Of a stretch of DNA of 39,755 nt, positions 1-8,436 are shown in pieces. The stretch spans positions 1-39,755 of the IMG/VR virus record IMGVR_UViG_3300037408_000299, one strand, 5' to 3'. The notes beneath the pieces were generated by a model that was not told the origin of the DNA, searched no databases, and saw nothing but the letters and a program-made list of their open reading frames with translations. The first letter of the stretch is position 1. Each line of letters starts with the position of its first letter. The DNA comes from a virus. Its lineage: Duplodnaviria > Caudoviricetes. A program made the position numbers and the translations under genes.

Positions 1-127
1 ACATAGTCCTTCCTCGACGACCACGGGACGCTCTGGCTTGCACCAGCACGATATCAGTTCCTCGCAGACGGGTCTCAAGAACAATCGGCTCGGACGACAT
101 CGGAGCCGACTCCATGCGCGATGCTTT
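1..127. repeat. Terminal direct repeat, copy 1 (circular assembly overlap)
   Basis: Positions 1-127 are identical to 39629-39755. 127 nt is a common maximal assembler k-mer, and the repeat lies inside a gene. Confidence 0.95.
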
Positions 128-1744
128 CATGTTCGAGACGACCTCACCGCTGGAACGAGGCACGAAGATTTCCGGGCCGCGCTCGCCGACAATGACCGCT
201 CTGCCTTCGCTGACCTGTCCACCGTTGGCGAACAACTTGAACCCGCCGAGCAATCCGAGACCGGGGATGAGCGAGTTGAGCAGGCCGGAGGTGACGACGT
301 TCGCCGCCATTGACGCGATGCTCGACATGAACGTGCCGACGAAACTCCCGAGCAGACTGTTCGCCCCGCCGAACATATCGCGGAACGCCCCGCCGATGGT
401 ACCGCCGACCATGCTCGCAATGCTGTCAGCCGCACCGCTAAAGGATTGTTCGAGCGCCTGCGTCTGCGACATGATATCGGAGAATGTCACGTCAGCGGCG
501 ACCTTCACGTCCTCCATCTTCTTGACGGGGTCGCCGATGACCATGCCGCCGACCGTCTTTGACTGGCCGGGCTTGCCGACTCCGAACTGCGACGCCTTCG
601 CTCCGATGCTCGAAAATTCCGGGCGTGCTCCCGGCGCTTGCTGCTGATACTGGGTCTTGAGCGCATCGTTGAGAGCGACCTGCAATTCGAGTTGCTTCGT
701 GATGCCCGTCTCGGTCGCCAAACGTCCCTCAAGATACCGGACAAGGATTGACGCGTCGCCTTCGGCCTTCGCTTGGAGCGCTGCTCGTTTGCCTCGCTCC
801 TCTTCGGCGGCTTCGGCCTTCCGCTTCGCTTCCTCTGCCTCGCGCTCCGACTTCTCGACCGACTTCTCCTTCTCCTTGTTCTGCTTCTCAAACTCGGTCG
901 TCAGTTCCTCTTCGAGTTTCTTGCGCTGGCCTTCGAGGTCGGCAATTTGTTTCTGCCGCTCGATAGCCATAGCGGCCCGCTCTTCTGCCACTTTCGCCGG
1001 GCCGAGCAGTTGCGCCATGGTGCTCGGGCCGTCGAGCGGCTTCTGACGGAGTTCGTTGATTTGCTTCGTCAGGATGGCGACCTGCGACTCCTTCGAGATT
1101 TTGCCGGCCTTGACGTTCGTCTCGTAGAGGTCTTTGAGCGACTGGTTGAAGCGCTCCGTGATTTTGGCCGCCTCGTTCGCCGCATACATGACAGCCATGA
1201 TGGCCGCGCCAGCACCAGCAGCGGCCGGGACGATATCGAGCAAGCGAGCACCGAGCCCTGCGAACTTTCCCCCGGCGTGTTCGGCTCCGAGCCCTGCGGC
1301 CGTCGTCGCGAACTCGACTTGCTGCCAACCGGCGAAGACCGTGTTCAGAGCGCCGCCGAGTCCCGTTGCTCCGAGAGCCCCGCCGACCTGCTGCGCCGTC
1401 ATGGCGACTTCGCGCATGGTGCGGTCGCCGACGCGCTGCTCCATGTAGAACCGCCGGAGTTTCGTGCCGAGGTCGAAGTACTCGTCCTTCGCCCGAGACG
1501 CCGCTCCTTTCAGCGGTTCGAGTTCCTGCGTTCGCATGTCCTTGATGGCACGCGAAGTCGCGGCGACGCCTTCCTTGAGTTTCTCGTTCTCCTTGCCCCA
1601 TGACTTATAGACGCTGTCAAGTATCTTGATGGCTCGCGTCTGCTCGTCGATGGATGCGTTGCCGTCGCGGATTTTGTCGATGAGTTCGTTGAGTTCAGAC
1701 TCACCGGCGACCTTGACGAGGATATTGAGATTCGTTTCGCTCAC
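1..1744 (-). CDS. Tail tape measure protein, ~581 aa, continuing across the origin to TAG at 39627-39629; absent from the ORF track
   Basis: GTG at 1744 gives MSETNLNILVKVAGESELNELIDKIRDG. Ala/Gly-rich and coiled-coil segments follow, with C-terminal FANGG...VGERGPEIFVP and the end ...GTDIVLVQARASRGRRGRTM*. It lies directly after the frameshifted chaperone. Confidence 0.9.
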   Translation of the reverse strand, partial: MSETNLNILVKVAGESELNELIDKIRDGNASIDEQTRAIKILDSVYKSWGKENEKLKEGVAATSRAIKDMRTQELEPLKGAASRAKDEYFDLGTKLRRFYMEQRVGDRTMREVAMTAQQVGGALGATGLGGALNTVFAGWQQVEFATTAAGLGAEHAGGKFAGLGARLLDIVPAAAGAGAAIMAVMYAANEAAKITERFNQSLKDLYETNVKAGKISKESQVAILTKQINELRQKPLDGPSTMAQLLGPAKVAEERAAMAIERQKQIADLEGQRKKLEEELTTEFEKQNKEKEKSVEKSEREAEEAKRKAEAAEEERGKRAALQAKAEGDASILVRYLEGRLATETGITKQLELQVALNDALKTQYQQQAPGARPEFSSIGAKASQFGVGKPGQSKTVGGMVIGDPVKKMEDVKVAADVTFSDIMSQTQALEQSFSGAADSIASMVGGTIGGAFRDMFGGANSLLGSFVGTFMSSIASMAANVVTSGLLNSLIPGLGLLGGFKLFANGGQVSEGRAVIVGERGPEIFVPRSSGEVVSNMKASRMESAPMSSEPIVLETRLRGTDIVLVQARASRGRRGRTM

Positions 1745-2007
1745 GGCTTTGGCTTTTTCTTGGCGGCTTCTTTGGTGGTGAACCTATCATAAGCCCGCAG
1801 GTAGTTCCATCGCTCCGCTTCGTTTCGAGTTATGCTCCGCAGGGTTTCGCGCTTCGAGAGGTCGCCGTCGCAGAGCAAGTAAATCAGATACCGGAGCGAA
1901 TAGCCGCGAGGCAGCGGCGTCGTCCCGTCTTTCGTCAGGAAGCGACCGAAGGCGCGGCGCCAGTCGTCGAGGTCTTCCGAACCGACAGACGCCGCCCGTT
2001 GAAACCC
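1741..2007 (-). CDS. -1 frame extension of the tail assembly chaperone (gpGT-like)
   Basis: After G GGT TTC (2007-2001) the -1 frame is open: FQRAASVGSEDLDDWRRAF...LIYLLCDGDLSKRETL...KKKPKP*. Its TGA overlaps the tape measure GTG. Confidence 0.8.
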   Translation of the reverse strand, partial: GFQRAASVGSEDLDDWRRAFGRFLTKDGTTPLPRGYSLRYLIYLLCDGDLSKRETLRSITRNEAERWNYLRAYDRFTTKEAAKKKPKP

Positions 2008-2264
2008 CCGGCAATCGTGAACGCCTCCCCCATGCTGAGTGTCTTAATGTCGAGGATGTCGTCGGGCGGGTTCTCGATGGCGGCCTTGACAAAGTCCGGC
2101 CACGTCGCGGCGAACTTCTCGACCGCGGCCTTGCCGCCCTTCGCGGCCTTCGCGTAGTTCTCAAGAACGTCCTCGCCCCAGCCGGTCGCCTCGACATCGG
2201 CGCAGACGATGACGTTCGGGAAGCGATAGGTAATGGTGTGTCCGAGAATGACGACGGGTTCCAT
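1935..2264 (-). CDS. Tail assembly chaperone (lambda gpG-like role)
   Basis: 109 aa, directly upstream of the tape measure, with an X XXY YYZ slippery heptamer near its 3' end. Confidence 0.8.
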   Translation of the reverse strand: MEPVVILGHTITYRFPNVIVCADVEATGWGEDVLENYAKAAKGGKAAVEKFAATWPDFVKAAIENPPDDILDIKTLSMGEAFTIAGGFNGRRLSVRKTSTTGAAPSVAS

Positions 2265-2267
2265 TGG

Positions 2268-2780
2268 TCAGCCCTTTTTGTTGGTGCGTTGTGGAGCAGA
2301 GAAGATTGCGCCGGTTACGAGCGCATTGATGGCCTTGACGTCCTCGTCTTGGAAGAGCAGGAACGTTCGCTGCCGCATCGGAATCTTGTGCCGCTTGGTG
2401 AACCATGTGAAGACCTTGCGGCCCTTCCACATGAAGACCTGAAACTTCGACGAACCCGGATGCTGAATCGTCCCGCCGAACTGATGGATGCGAGCGTAAC
2501 GAATCTGCGAGGTCGAGAGTCCGACCGTCGCCGTGTTCGCCGTGTTCGACTTCCTGATGGCTCGGAAGATGCCGCCTTGTTTCCCACCGAGGAACGACGG
2601 GCCGCCTGTCTTGAGCGGCGGCCATGCCGTCGGACGACCGCCGACCGAGAAGTTTTGTCCGACGCTCTTATACATGAGGTCGGCAATCTTTCGCATCACC
2701 GCATCGCCCGGCCCGCTGCTGCCGCCCGCGATGTTCGCCAGCGGCGGGAGTTGTCCTTGTACTTCGTAGGCCGCTTTCAT
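2268..2780 (-). CDS. Mu gpG-like virion morphogenesis / tail completion protein
   Basis: Motifs GGRPTAWPPLK, YARIHQFGG and IPMRQRTFL. The ATG at 2780 overlaps the upstream TGA. Confidence 0.85.
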   Translation of the reverse strand: MKAAYEVQGQLPPLANIAGGSSGPGDAVMRKIADLMYKSVGQNFSVGGRPTAWPPLKTGGPSFLGGKQGGIFRAIRKSNTANTATVGLSTSQIRYARIHQFGGTIQHPGSSKFQVFMWKGRKVFTWFTKRHKIPMRQRTFLLFQDEDVKAINALVTGAIFSAPQRTNKKG

Positions 2781-3307
2781 GCGATGACGCGAACGCTCCA
2801 ATCGGATTGATAGACCACGATGCCCGGCAGACTGACGACGAGCGTCTCGTCCTCGCCGCCCGTCTCATAGAAAGGCGACATAGCGACGAACTGCTCGTCG
2901 GTGATGGCGACGCCCTGCAATTCAGTGTAGGTCGGGAGCCGCTGCGGTACGGACTTGATGACCTTGCCCGCGAGCGCATCGAACTCAGCAGCGAGAAGGT
3001 CATAACAGGAGTGCGTCGCTTCCTTCGTGTCGCGGAGCGACTGCGCCCCGGTGAAGATGCGGAACGTCAGCGTGTGCTCGTAGGTCTTGCCGGACGAATC
3101 TCGCTTGGACTTCTCACCGACGCGCCCGTTGTAAGCGACGAGAGCGAACGGGAGCAACTTGAGAAAACCCTGCATGTAGGCCGGGTCGGCGAACATCTGC
3201 GGATTGATTTGTCCGGCGAGCGTGTCCACCAGCACATGCTGAAACGCCTCGTTCGCTTTCAACGAGGCGAGTATCTGGTCTTCGATGGCAGCGAGGCGGT
3301 AGCGCAT
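2777..3307 (-). CDS. Mu gp37-like (DUF1834-type) neck / tail terminator protein
   Basis: LAAIEDQILASLK N-terminus, LPFALVAY and GAQSLR motifs; follows the gp36-like gene. Confidence 0.7.
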   Translation of the reverse strand: MRYRLAAIEDQILASLKANEAFQHVLVDTLAGQINPQMFADPAYMQGFLKLLPFALVAYNGRVGEKSKRDSSGKTYEHTLTFRIFTGAQSLRDTKEATHSCYDLLAAEFDALAGKVIKSVPQRLPTYTELQGVAITDEQFVAMSPFYETGGEDETLVVSLPGIVVYQSDWSVRVIA

Positions 3308-3309
3308 GG

Positions 3310-3807
3310 TCAGAACTCGCTCGTCGGATTGCTGCTGTCCTCGAAGTCGATATATTTGTCAGGCGCGACAATTTCGCCTTCGTTGCCCGCCGTCTCGGCG
3401 GCCCCGAGGTCAATCGTTCCTTCCGCAATCTTGTCGAGCATCTCCATCGCGTCGTCGTACATTTTCTGCCACGACGATGGCACGTCCATCTCGGAGAACC
3501 GCCGTTGCATCGCGTAATAGCAGGCGAGGTCGGTGTTGATGCGCTTGACGACGCCCGGCACCGGAGCGACGAACGGCACGACGAACGCCACGCCGAGTTT
3601 GCTGTTGATGACGTCGTAGCCATGCAGGATGAGCGACGTGACGACGGCAGGGTCGGGCGAAGCCGCCGACGTGATGTCGTTCGTCAGTTGCGTCAGGCGC
3701 TGGCGCGAGATGCGCGACTCAAGGTCGCTCTGCTCGCAGTAGCCGCCAGAGGAAACGCTCGGAGCCGTTGCTCCCGAACTTCCAATTTGTCCGTCGCCGA
3801 GTGCCAT
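3310..3807 (-). CDS. Mu gp36-like (DUF1320-type) head-tail adaptor
   Basis: YCEQSDL...LTQLTND...VPGVVKRINTDLACY...YDDAMEMLDKIAEGTIDLG pattern. Start at 3807 (TGATG overlap). Confidence 0.85.
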   Translation of the reverse strand: MALGDGQIGSSGATAPSVSSGGYCEQSDLESRISRQRLTQLTNDITSAASPDPAVVTSLILHGYDVINSKLGVAFVVPFVAPVPGVVKRINTDLACYYAMQRRFSEMDVPSSWQKMYDDAMEMLDKIAEGTIDLGAAETAGNEGEIVAPDKYIDFEDSSNPTSEF

Positions 3808-4517
3808 CAGTCCACCTGTGTCCCGAACAGAACGATATACGGATAGAGCGTCGTCGTCGTTGACTTGACGATAGTGATGGTTGAAGGCCAGTTCCCGCCC
3901 TGCGTAATCTTCCGCGAGCCGTAGCCGATGATGGGGTAGGATGCGTTCTGCACGGCGAACCAAGTATTCGCCGACGAGTTCGTCGAAAGGTCTGGCGCTC
4001 GAAACTGCTGGACGTACGTTCCGTCATTGTAGGTCGAGAAGGCGACATAGACCAGACCCGGCCCGACCGTTGCGTTCGCTCGAAAGCCAGCACGACTCGC
4101 CGTTCCGTTGCCGGGGAAGGCGGTGAAGAGCGTCGTGTCTTTCAACCGTCGCTGGTTGTCGTAAACGGCGAACGTGTAGCCACGCACCGCCGCACTACCA
4201 GACGCCGTTCCTGTTGCGACGCTCGCCGCTCCGAGTTTCATTTGGTGCGGCAGGTAGAGAGCGCAGATGGTCACGGTATCGTTGAGCGACGAACCGAAGT
4301 TCGACGTCACCAATCCGAGAGCATCGGACGGCACTTGCCTGAAATGATAGACCGCCATCGTGTCCGAGACGAGGTTGTCCGTTCGGACGGTATCGCCTTC
4401 AAGCGTCTGGACGTCAACGGTGCGCGTCGGGTCGGTCGGCGTCAGTTTGCCGTCGCGGAGTCTCCATTGCGCCGACGCGAGCATCGGCAGGAGCAAGAGA
4501 ATCAGGAGTCGTTTCAT
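3807..4517 (-). CDS. Signal-peptide-bearing beta-rich protein in the head module (putative exported virion decoration)
   Basis: MKRLLILLLLPMLASA|QW is a classic Sec/SPI signal. Thr/Ser-rich, with 4 D(S/T)-hydrophobic sequons. Confidence 0.75.
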   Translation of the reverse strand: MKRLLILLLLPMLASAQWRLRDGKLTPTDPTRTVDVQTLEGDTVRTDNLVSDTMAVYHFRQVPSDALGLVTSNFGSSLNDTVTICALYLPHQMKLGAASVATGTASGSAAVRGYTFAVYDNQRRLKDTTLFTAFPGNGTASRAGFRANATVGPGLVYVAFSTYNDGTYVQQFRAPDLSTNSSANTWFAVQNASYPIIGYGSRKITQGGNWPSTITIVKSTTTTLYPYIVLFGTQVD

Positions 4518-5158
4518 GAATAGACCTCGATGCGTACGGTGGCTGTCCAGTCGTCTTGCTCGAACGTATAGAGCGTCACAACGTCGTCGCTCGTTCGTTC
4601 GGCGTGCATGACAATCGGCTGGCCGCTAACGGAATCGCGACCGCTCGCTGTTGCGACAACGTCGCCAGAAGGGAACGCGCCTACAAGCGTCGCAGTATAG
4701 ACGCCAGCGCCGGTGCGAGCCCACACGACTGCGTCGCTCAAGGTAGAACGAACGACGGTCGGTGCCGGTGGATTTGCGCCTGCCTGCGTAAGCGTCGCAA
4801 CGTAGAGGTCCGTCGGTCCTTGTCCAAGTCCGTCGAGGAACGCCTTCGTCACTCCGAGTTCCACGTTGTATTGATGCCCGGAGTCGTCGAAGGCGACGGC
4901 CGCCGTTCCTTCCTGCGCTCGCGTGACGGTGAACTCGTCGGCGGTGCGAGCGGTGACGCGCATGACTTCGGCATGGCCCGCGTGATAGGCCTCGCTCGCC
5001 GATGCGTAATACGTATCCCAGACCACGACATTGAACGCCCCGTCGATGCTCGGGTCGGGGAAGCGAGCGCCTTGACCGCCGACGACGTCGAAGGTCAGGT
5101 CGGCGGCAACGATGCCGTCCGAGAGTTGTCCGACAGCGAAGTTCTTGGTGGCGTCCAT
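4514..5158 (-). CDS. Virion structural / fibre-like protein without signal peptide
   Basis: Contains EVMRVTAR...TVTRAQEGTAA, a motif common in phage virion proteins, and a C-terminal YVATLTQAG...WARTGAGVY beta domain. Confidence 0.65.
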   Translation of the reverse strand: MDATKNFAVGQLSDGIVAADLTFDVVGGQGARFPDPSIDGAFNVVVWDTYYASASEAYHAGHAEVMRVTARTADEFTVTRAQEGTAAVAFDDSGHQYNVELGVTKAFLDGLGQGPTDLYVATLTQAGANPPAPTVVRSTLSDAVVWARTGAGVYTATLVGAFPSGDVVATASGRDSVSGQPIVMHAERTSDDVVTLYTFEQDDWTATVRIEVYS

Positions 5159-5174
5159 TGGCGGTCAGGGGATG

Positions 5175-5202
5175 AAGGCAGGGGGCCGAAGCCCCCTGTC
5201 TT
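5175..5202 (-). terminator. Stable UUCG-loop hairpin (weak terminator or mRNA stabiliser) after the capsid genes
   Basis: AAGACAGGGGGC-UUCG-GCCCCCUGCCUU, with only a poor U-tract. Confidence 0.65.
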
Positions 5203-5219
5203 GTTCATTCGATGCGCTG

Positions 5220-5630
5220 CTACTTGTCGATGCGGACGTAAGCGTACTTGCCCGCCGACTTGAGCCCGGTCGTCTCCGGGCCTCGCCTGAATACGACCAG
5301 TTGGTTCGTCGTCGCCTGATACGCATACGTGACCGTATCGGGCGTCGCATCCCACGTCGGGCAGTATTCGGTGATGACGAACACGTCGCCGACTCCGACC
5401 CCGGTGATGGCGAGCGTGTCGCTTGCAGCCGTCGTGGCGAACGAGTCGATGCCTGCGACACGATTGCCCGTCGCCCAGATGCGAGCGGTGGACGTCAGGT
5501 GCAGGTAAGACTCGATGCCCCACGACTGGACATATGTCGCCGCTGACTGCGTGACGGCCGGGCTCGTGATGAGCCCGACCGCCAGCGTCAACGTCAGAGC
5601 GACGAGGATGATGGAAAGGTTTCGTCGCAT
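5220..5630 (-). CDS. Signal-peptide-bearing small beta protein immediately after the major capsid gene (putative exported decoration protein)
   Basis: MRRNLSIILVALTLTLAVGLITSPAVT|QS; the cleavage site is less certain than for the other four. Contains DTL, DTV and DSF. Confidence 0.7.
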   Translation of the reverse strand: MRRNLSIILVALTLTLAVGLITSPAVTQSAATYVQSWGIESYLHLTSTARIWATGNRVAGIDSFATTAASDTLAITGVGVGDVFVITEYCPTWDATPDTVTYAYQATTNQLVVFRRGPETTGLKSAGKYAYVRIDK

Positions 5631-5639
5631 GGGTTCACC

Positions 5640-6656
5640 TCACGCGATGCTGTGGATGAGGCCGCCCGCGGCGAAGTCGCCGGTCGAATCCGGCAGGCCG
5701 ACCTTGTGCGTATAGAGCCGCTGCACGTCGAAGACTTCCGACTTGTGCTCGTTGCTCCAATACGACTCGGCCTTCGGGTAGCCGTTCTTCTGAATCTTCA
5801 TGCCGAAGGTGGGTTCCAGCATGCCGTTGCCCGTGTAGGCGATGACGCAGTTGCCCGCCTGCACCGAGCCCCAGATGTCCGTGACGACTCCGGCGGCGTC
5901 CTTCGAGACCATCTCGCCGACCACGACCTTCTTGACCTCCAGAATCGAGGCCGCGATGGCGGTCGTGATGAGTTGCGCGGACGGAGCGCCCGCCGAAGCG
6001 AGATAGGCCGAGGCATACGACCTGACTTTCGCGTTCGTGCGGAACAGCCGCCACGCCTTCGGGTCGAACACGACCGTGTCGCCCTTCCTGCCGCACGCCT
6101 GACGGATGAGGTCCTGCAGCGACAGAATCTGGTCAACCGGGTCGCCCGCTCCGGCCCAGTCGTAGCCCGCGCCGTTCAGGCCACGCGCCGCCGGATAGTT
6201 CGTCGAGGTCGTCGCGAGCGTCGCGGCTTCCTTTTCCTCGATGACGTCCAGCATCGACTGTACCATGGCGGTGCGGATGGTCATGAGCGACTCACGCGTG
6301 ACGCCGAACTCTTCGAGTTCGCGGCGGTCAATCATGAAGCCCAGCGCCCGCTCGTCGAGCGAATACGACGCCGACTTGTTCAGCACGTCCGGGTGCTGCA
6401 CCTTGCCCCGGAGCGCCCGGGTGGCGTCCTGATACGCCCACGCCTCGGTGCCGAAGTACGGGTGTTTCCCGTTCTCCTTGCCGACGGGGAACGTCGGGTA
6501 GAGCATCGGCGAGACCATCTCGCCGTTCTTGTGACCGAGCACGATGCCCATGAGTTCGGGCACGACCTGCAAGGTCGTCAGGACTCCGCTGTCGGCGAAG
6601 TCGATGGTCTGCACCGGCGTCCCGCTACCGGCTTGGAACTGGATAAGTTTCTTCAT
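5640..6656 (-). CDS. Major capsid protein (HK97 fold, lambda gpE-like family)
   Basis: 338 aa from ATG 6656, preceded by an AAGGAA SD. Motifs PTFPV, DWAGAGDPVDQI, IWG and EPTFG; follows the protease and cement genes. Confidence 0.88.
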   Translation of the reverse strand: MKKLIQFQAGSGTPVQTIDFADSGVLTTLQVVPELMGIVLGHKNGEMVSPMLYPTFPVGKENGKHPYFGTEAWAYQDATRALRGKVQHPDVLNKSASYSLDERALGFMIDRRELEEFGVTRESLMTIRTAMVQSMLDVIEEKEAATLATTSTNYPAARGLNGAGYDWAGAGDPVDQILSLQDLIRQACGRKGDTVVFDPKAWRLFRTNAKVRSYASAYLASAGAPSAQLITTAIAASILEVKKVVVGEMVSKDAAGVVTDIWGSVQAGNCVIAYTGNGMLEPTFGMKIQKNGYPKAESYWSNEHKSEVFDVQRLYTHKVGLPDSTGDFAAGGLIHSIA

Positions 6657-6681
6657 GGTGATGGTTCCTTGTCGGGTGTGC

Positions 6682-7074
6682 TCAGGCGACCGTGCCGTTG
6701 AGCGTGGTGAGCAGGACTCGAATCGGGTCGCCGTCCGCCGTCGCTTCGTCCAAAGCGACGCCGCGCAGGATGCCCGCGTTGAGCGTGATGGCCTTGCCGG
6801 CCGCGTTCGACTCGACCTTCGCGAAGCGAGCGACCGCAGCGCCCGCCTGCACGGCGACGACGCCGGAGACGGCCAGCGAGACCTCTTCGTTGTCGGCGCA
6901 GACCAACTGGCCCGGCTCGGCTCCGAAGGTGACACCGGCACTCAGGTCGGCGGTCGAGGCATAGTCCGAGCCGTCCGACTTGATGAACCGACCGGACACG
7001 AGTCCGGCGTTGAGCGTGTTGGTGATTTCCACCGTGTAGCCGATGGAACTCCCAACGGTTTTCGCGTTCGCCAT
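6682..7074 (-). CDS. Capsid cement / decoration protein (DUF2190-like)
   Basis: GVVAVQAGAAV...VESNAAGKA...GVALDEATADGDPIRVLL; lies between the protease and capsid genes. Confidence 0.8.
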   Translation of the reverse strand: MANAKTVGSSIGYTVEITNTLNAGLVSGRFIKSDGSDYASTADLSAGVTFGAEPGQLVCADNEEVSLAVSGVVAVQAGAAVARFAKVESNAAGKAITLNAGILRGVALDEATADGDPIRVLLTTLNGTVA

Positions 7075-7111
7075 GTGACGAACTCCTTGTTGATGTTGAA
7101 GGGTGGATGGA

Positions 7112-8428
7112 TTACTTCAGAAGCGTCTCGTCGAGAGCAATCTCGCCGAGGTTCACTTTCGTCAGGACGACGGCCAACTTCTCCGCGTCCGTGTCGCCCG
7201 CGATGTCCTTCGCGTGCGCCTTGAGGTACGACTGCGCGAACTGCACGCGCTTCATGCCTTCGACCGGGATGAACGTGCCGGGGGAAAGCCCGAGCGCCTT
7301 CGCGGCGTCGGCCATTTCGACCGCGCCGGTGCTGAACTCCGCTTCCTTGCTCGGCTCGGTGGCGACGGGCGCGAAGAGCGTGGTCAGCGAACGGAAGACC
7401 TCGAAGGCCGGGCGCTTGTCGGTCTCGCTGAACTCGACCTGACCCGCGTCGAGCATTTGCGCGGCGAGCCGGAAGACGCCCTGCTCTTCCATCTTGTTGA
7501 CGGGCAGATTCGCCTTGACGCAATCCTCGCGGAACGCGGCGAGCACCTGCTCGTTGTGCTGCTTCTTGGCAGCCGCCTCGGCGGTCGCTTTCGCTTCCGC
7601 TTCCTGCCGCTTCTGTTCCGCGAACTGCGCCTTGTCGCGGTCGAGCGAGGCCTGCTGCTCGGCGAGCGCATCCTGCGCGGCCTTGAGCGCTTTCTCGTCC
7701 ATGGTGTCGGACTCCTTCGTGGTGTTGTGGTTGAGAAGCCGCTCGACCATTTCGGCGGCCTTGTTCTTCATCTTCTCCATGATGCTCTCGGACTTCTCCA
7801 AAAAGGCGAAGTGCAGAGCGGTCGTCGCGGCGATGTCAGCATACGCCGTCGAGAGCGACGTGTTGATACGGTCGCGGCACTTTATCTCGTCGATGTCCGG
7901 GTTCTTGAGCGCGTCCTCAATCTCCGAGAGGCAGGTCGCGAACGACTGCTGAATGCTCTCGAACGTGTCGGCGGTGTTCATCTCCGACGTGACCGCTTCG
8001 ACCTCTTCCATCTCGACGAGCGCTTCGGTGAACGCGATGGACTCCAAGCCCTTCACGGCAGGCGGCGCCGCGCCGAGGAAGGCGACGTGATGCAGATGCC
8101 ACTTGCCCGGAGTCGGGTTCGTCGGGTCGTCCGGCTTGTAGAGGCCGACGCTGACCTTCTTGTAGTGGCCCGTCTTGATGAGGTGCGCGAGTTCTTCGGT
8201 GAACTCCGCAACGACCTTCACCACGCCGCCGACCGTGAAGACCTTTTTGACCCAGCCGAACGCCGGGACTTTCGAGTCCTTATAGTCGCTCGTGTGCCCG
8301 ACCGTCAGCGGGGCCTCATGCACGTTCGCGTCGTAGGACTCGGCGAGTTCCTGCAGTTCCTTCGCCCCGAAAGAGCCCTGCGGATAGACACCGGCCTTGA
8401 AGACTTCGACGATGCGTTGGAGTTTCAT
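7112..8428 (-). CDS. Prohead protease / scaffold (Mu gpI/Z-like)
   Basis: EVFKAG, EAPLTVGH, PAFGWV, YKKVS, LHHVAFLGAAPPAVKGL. The C-terminus is a coiled-coil scaffold with a possible internal start (KESDTMDEK). Confidence 0.88.
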   Translation of the reverse strand: MKLQRIVEVFKAGVYPQGSFGAKELQELAESYDANVHEAPLTVGHTSDYKDSKVPAFGWVKKVFTVGGVVKVVAEFTEELAHLIKTGHYKKVSVGLYKPDDPTNPTPGKWHLHHVAFLGAAPPAVKGLESIAFTEALVEMEEVEAVTSEMNTADTFESIQQSFATCLSEIEDALKNPDIDEIKCRDRINTSLSTAYADIAATTALHFAFLEKSESIMEKMKNKAAEMVERLLNHNTTKESDTMDEKALKAAQDALAEQQASLDRDKAQFAEQKRQEAEAKATAEAAAKKQHNEQVLAAFREDCVKANLPVNKMEEQGVFRLAAQMLDAGQVEFSETDKRPAFEVFRSLTTLFAPVATEPSKEAEFSTGAVEMADAAKALGLSPGTFIPVEGMKRVQFAQSYLKAHAKDIAGDTDAEKLAVVLTKVNLGEIALDETLLK

Positions 8429-8436
8429 GACGGACC

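Noticed and set aside
5640-6941. ORF-track N-terminal extensions of the capsid and others (8437..9840, 9627..10364, 3310..3963, 26449..28047)
   Set aside because: They overlap upstream genes. Downstream starts with SD or ATGA coupling fit better and place the signal peptides at the N-terminus.
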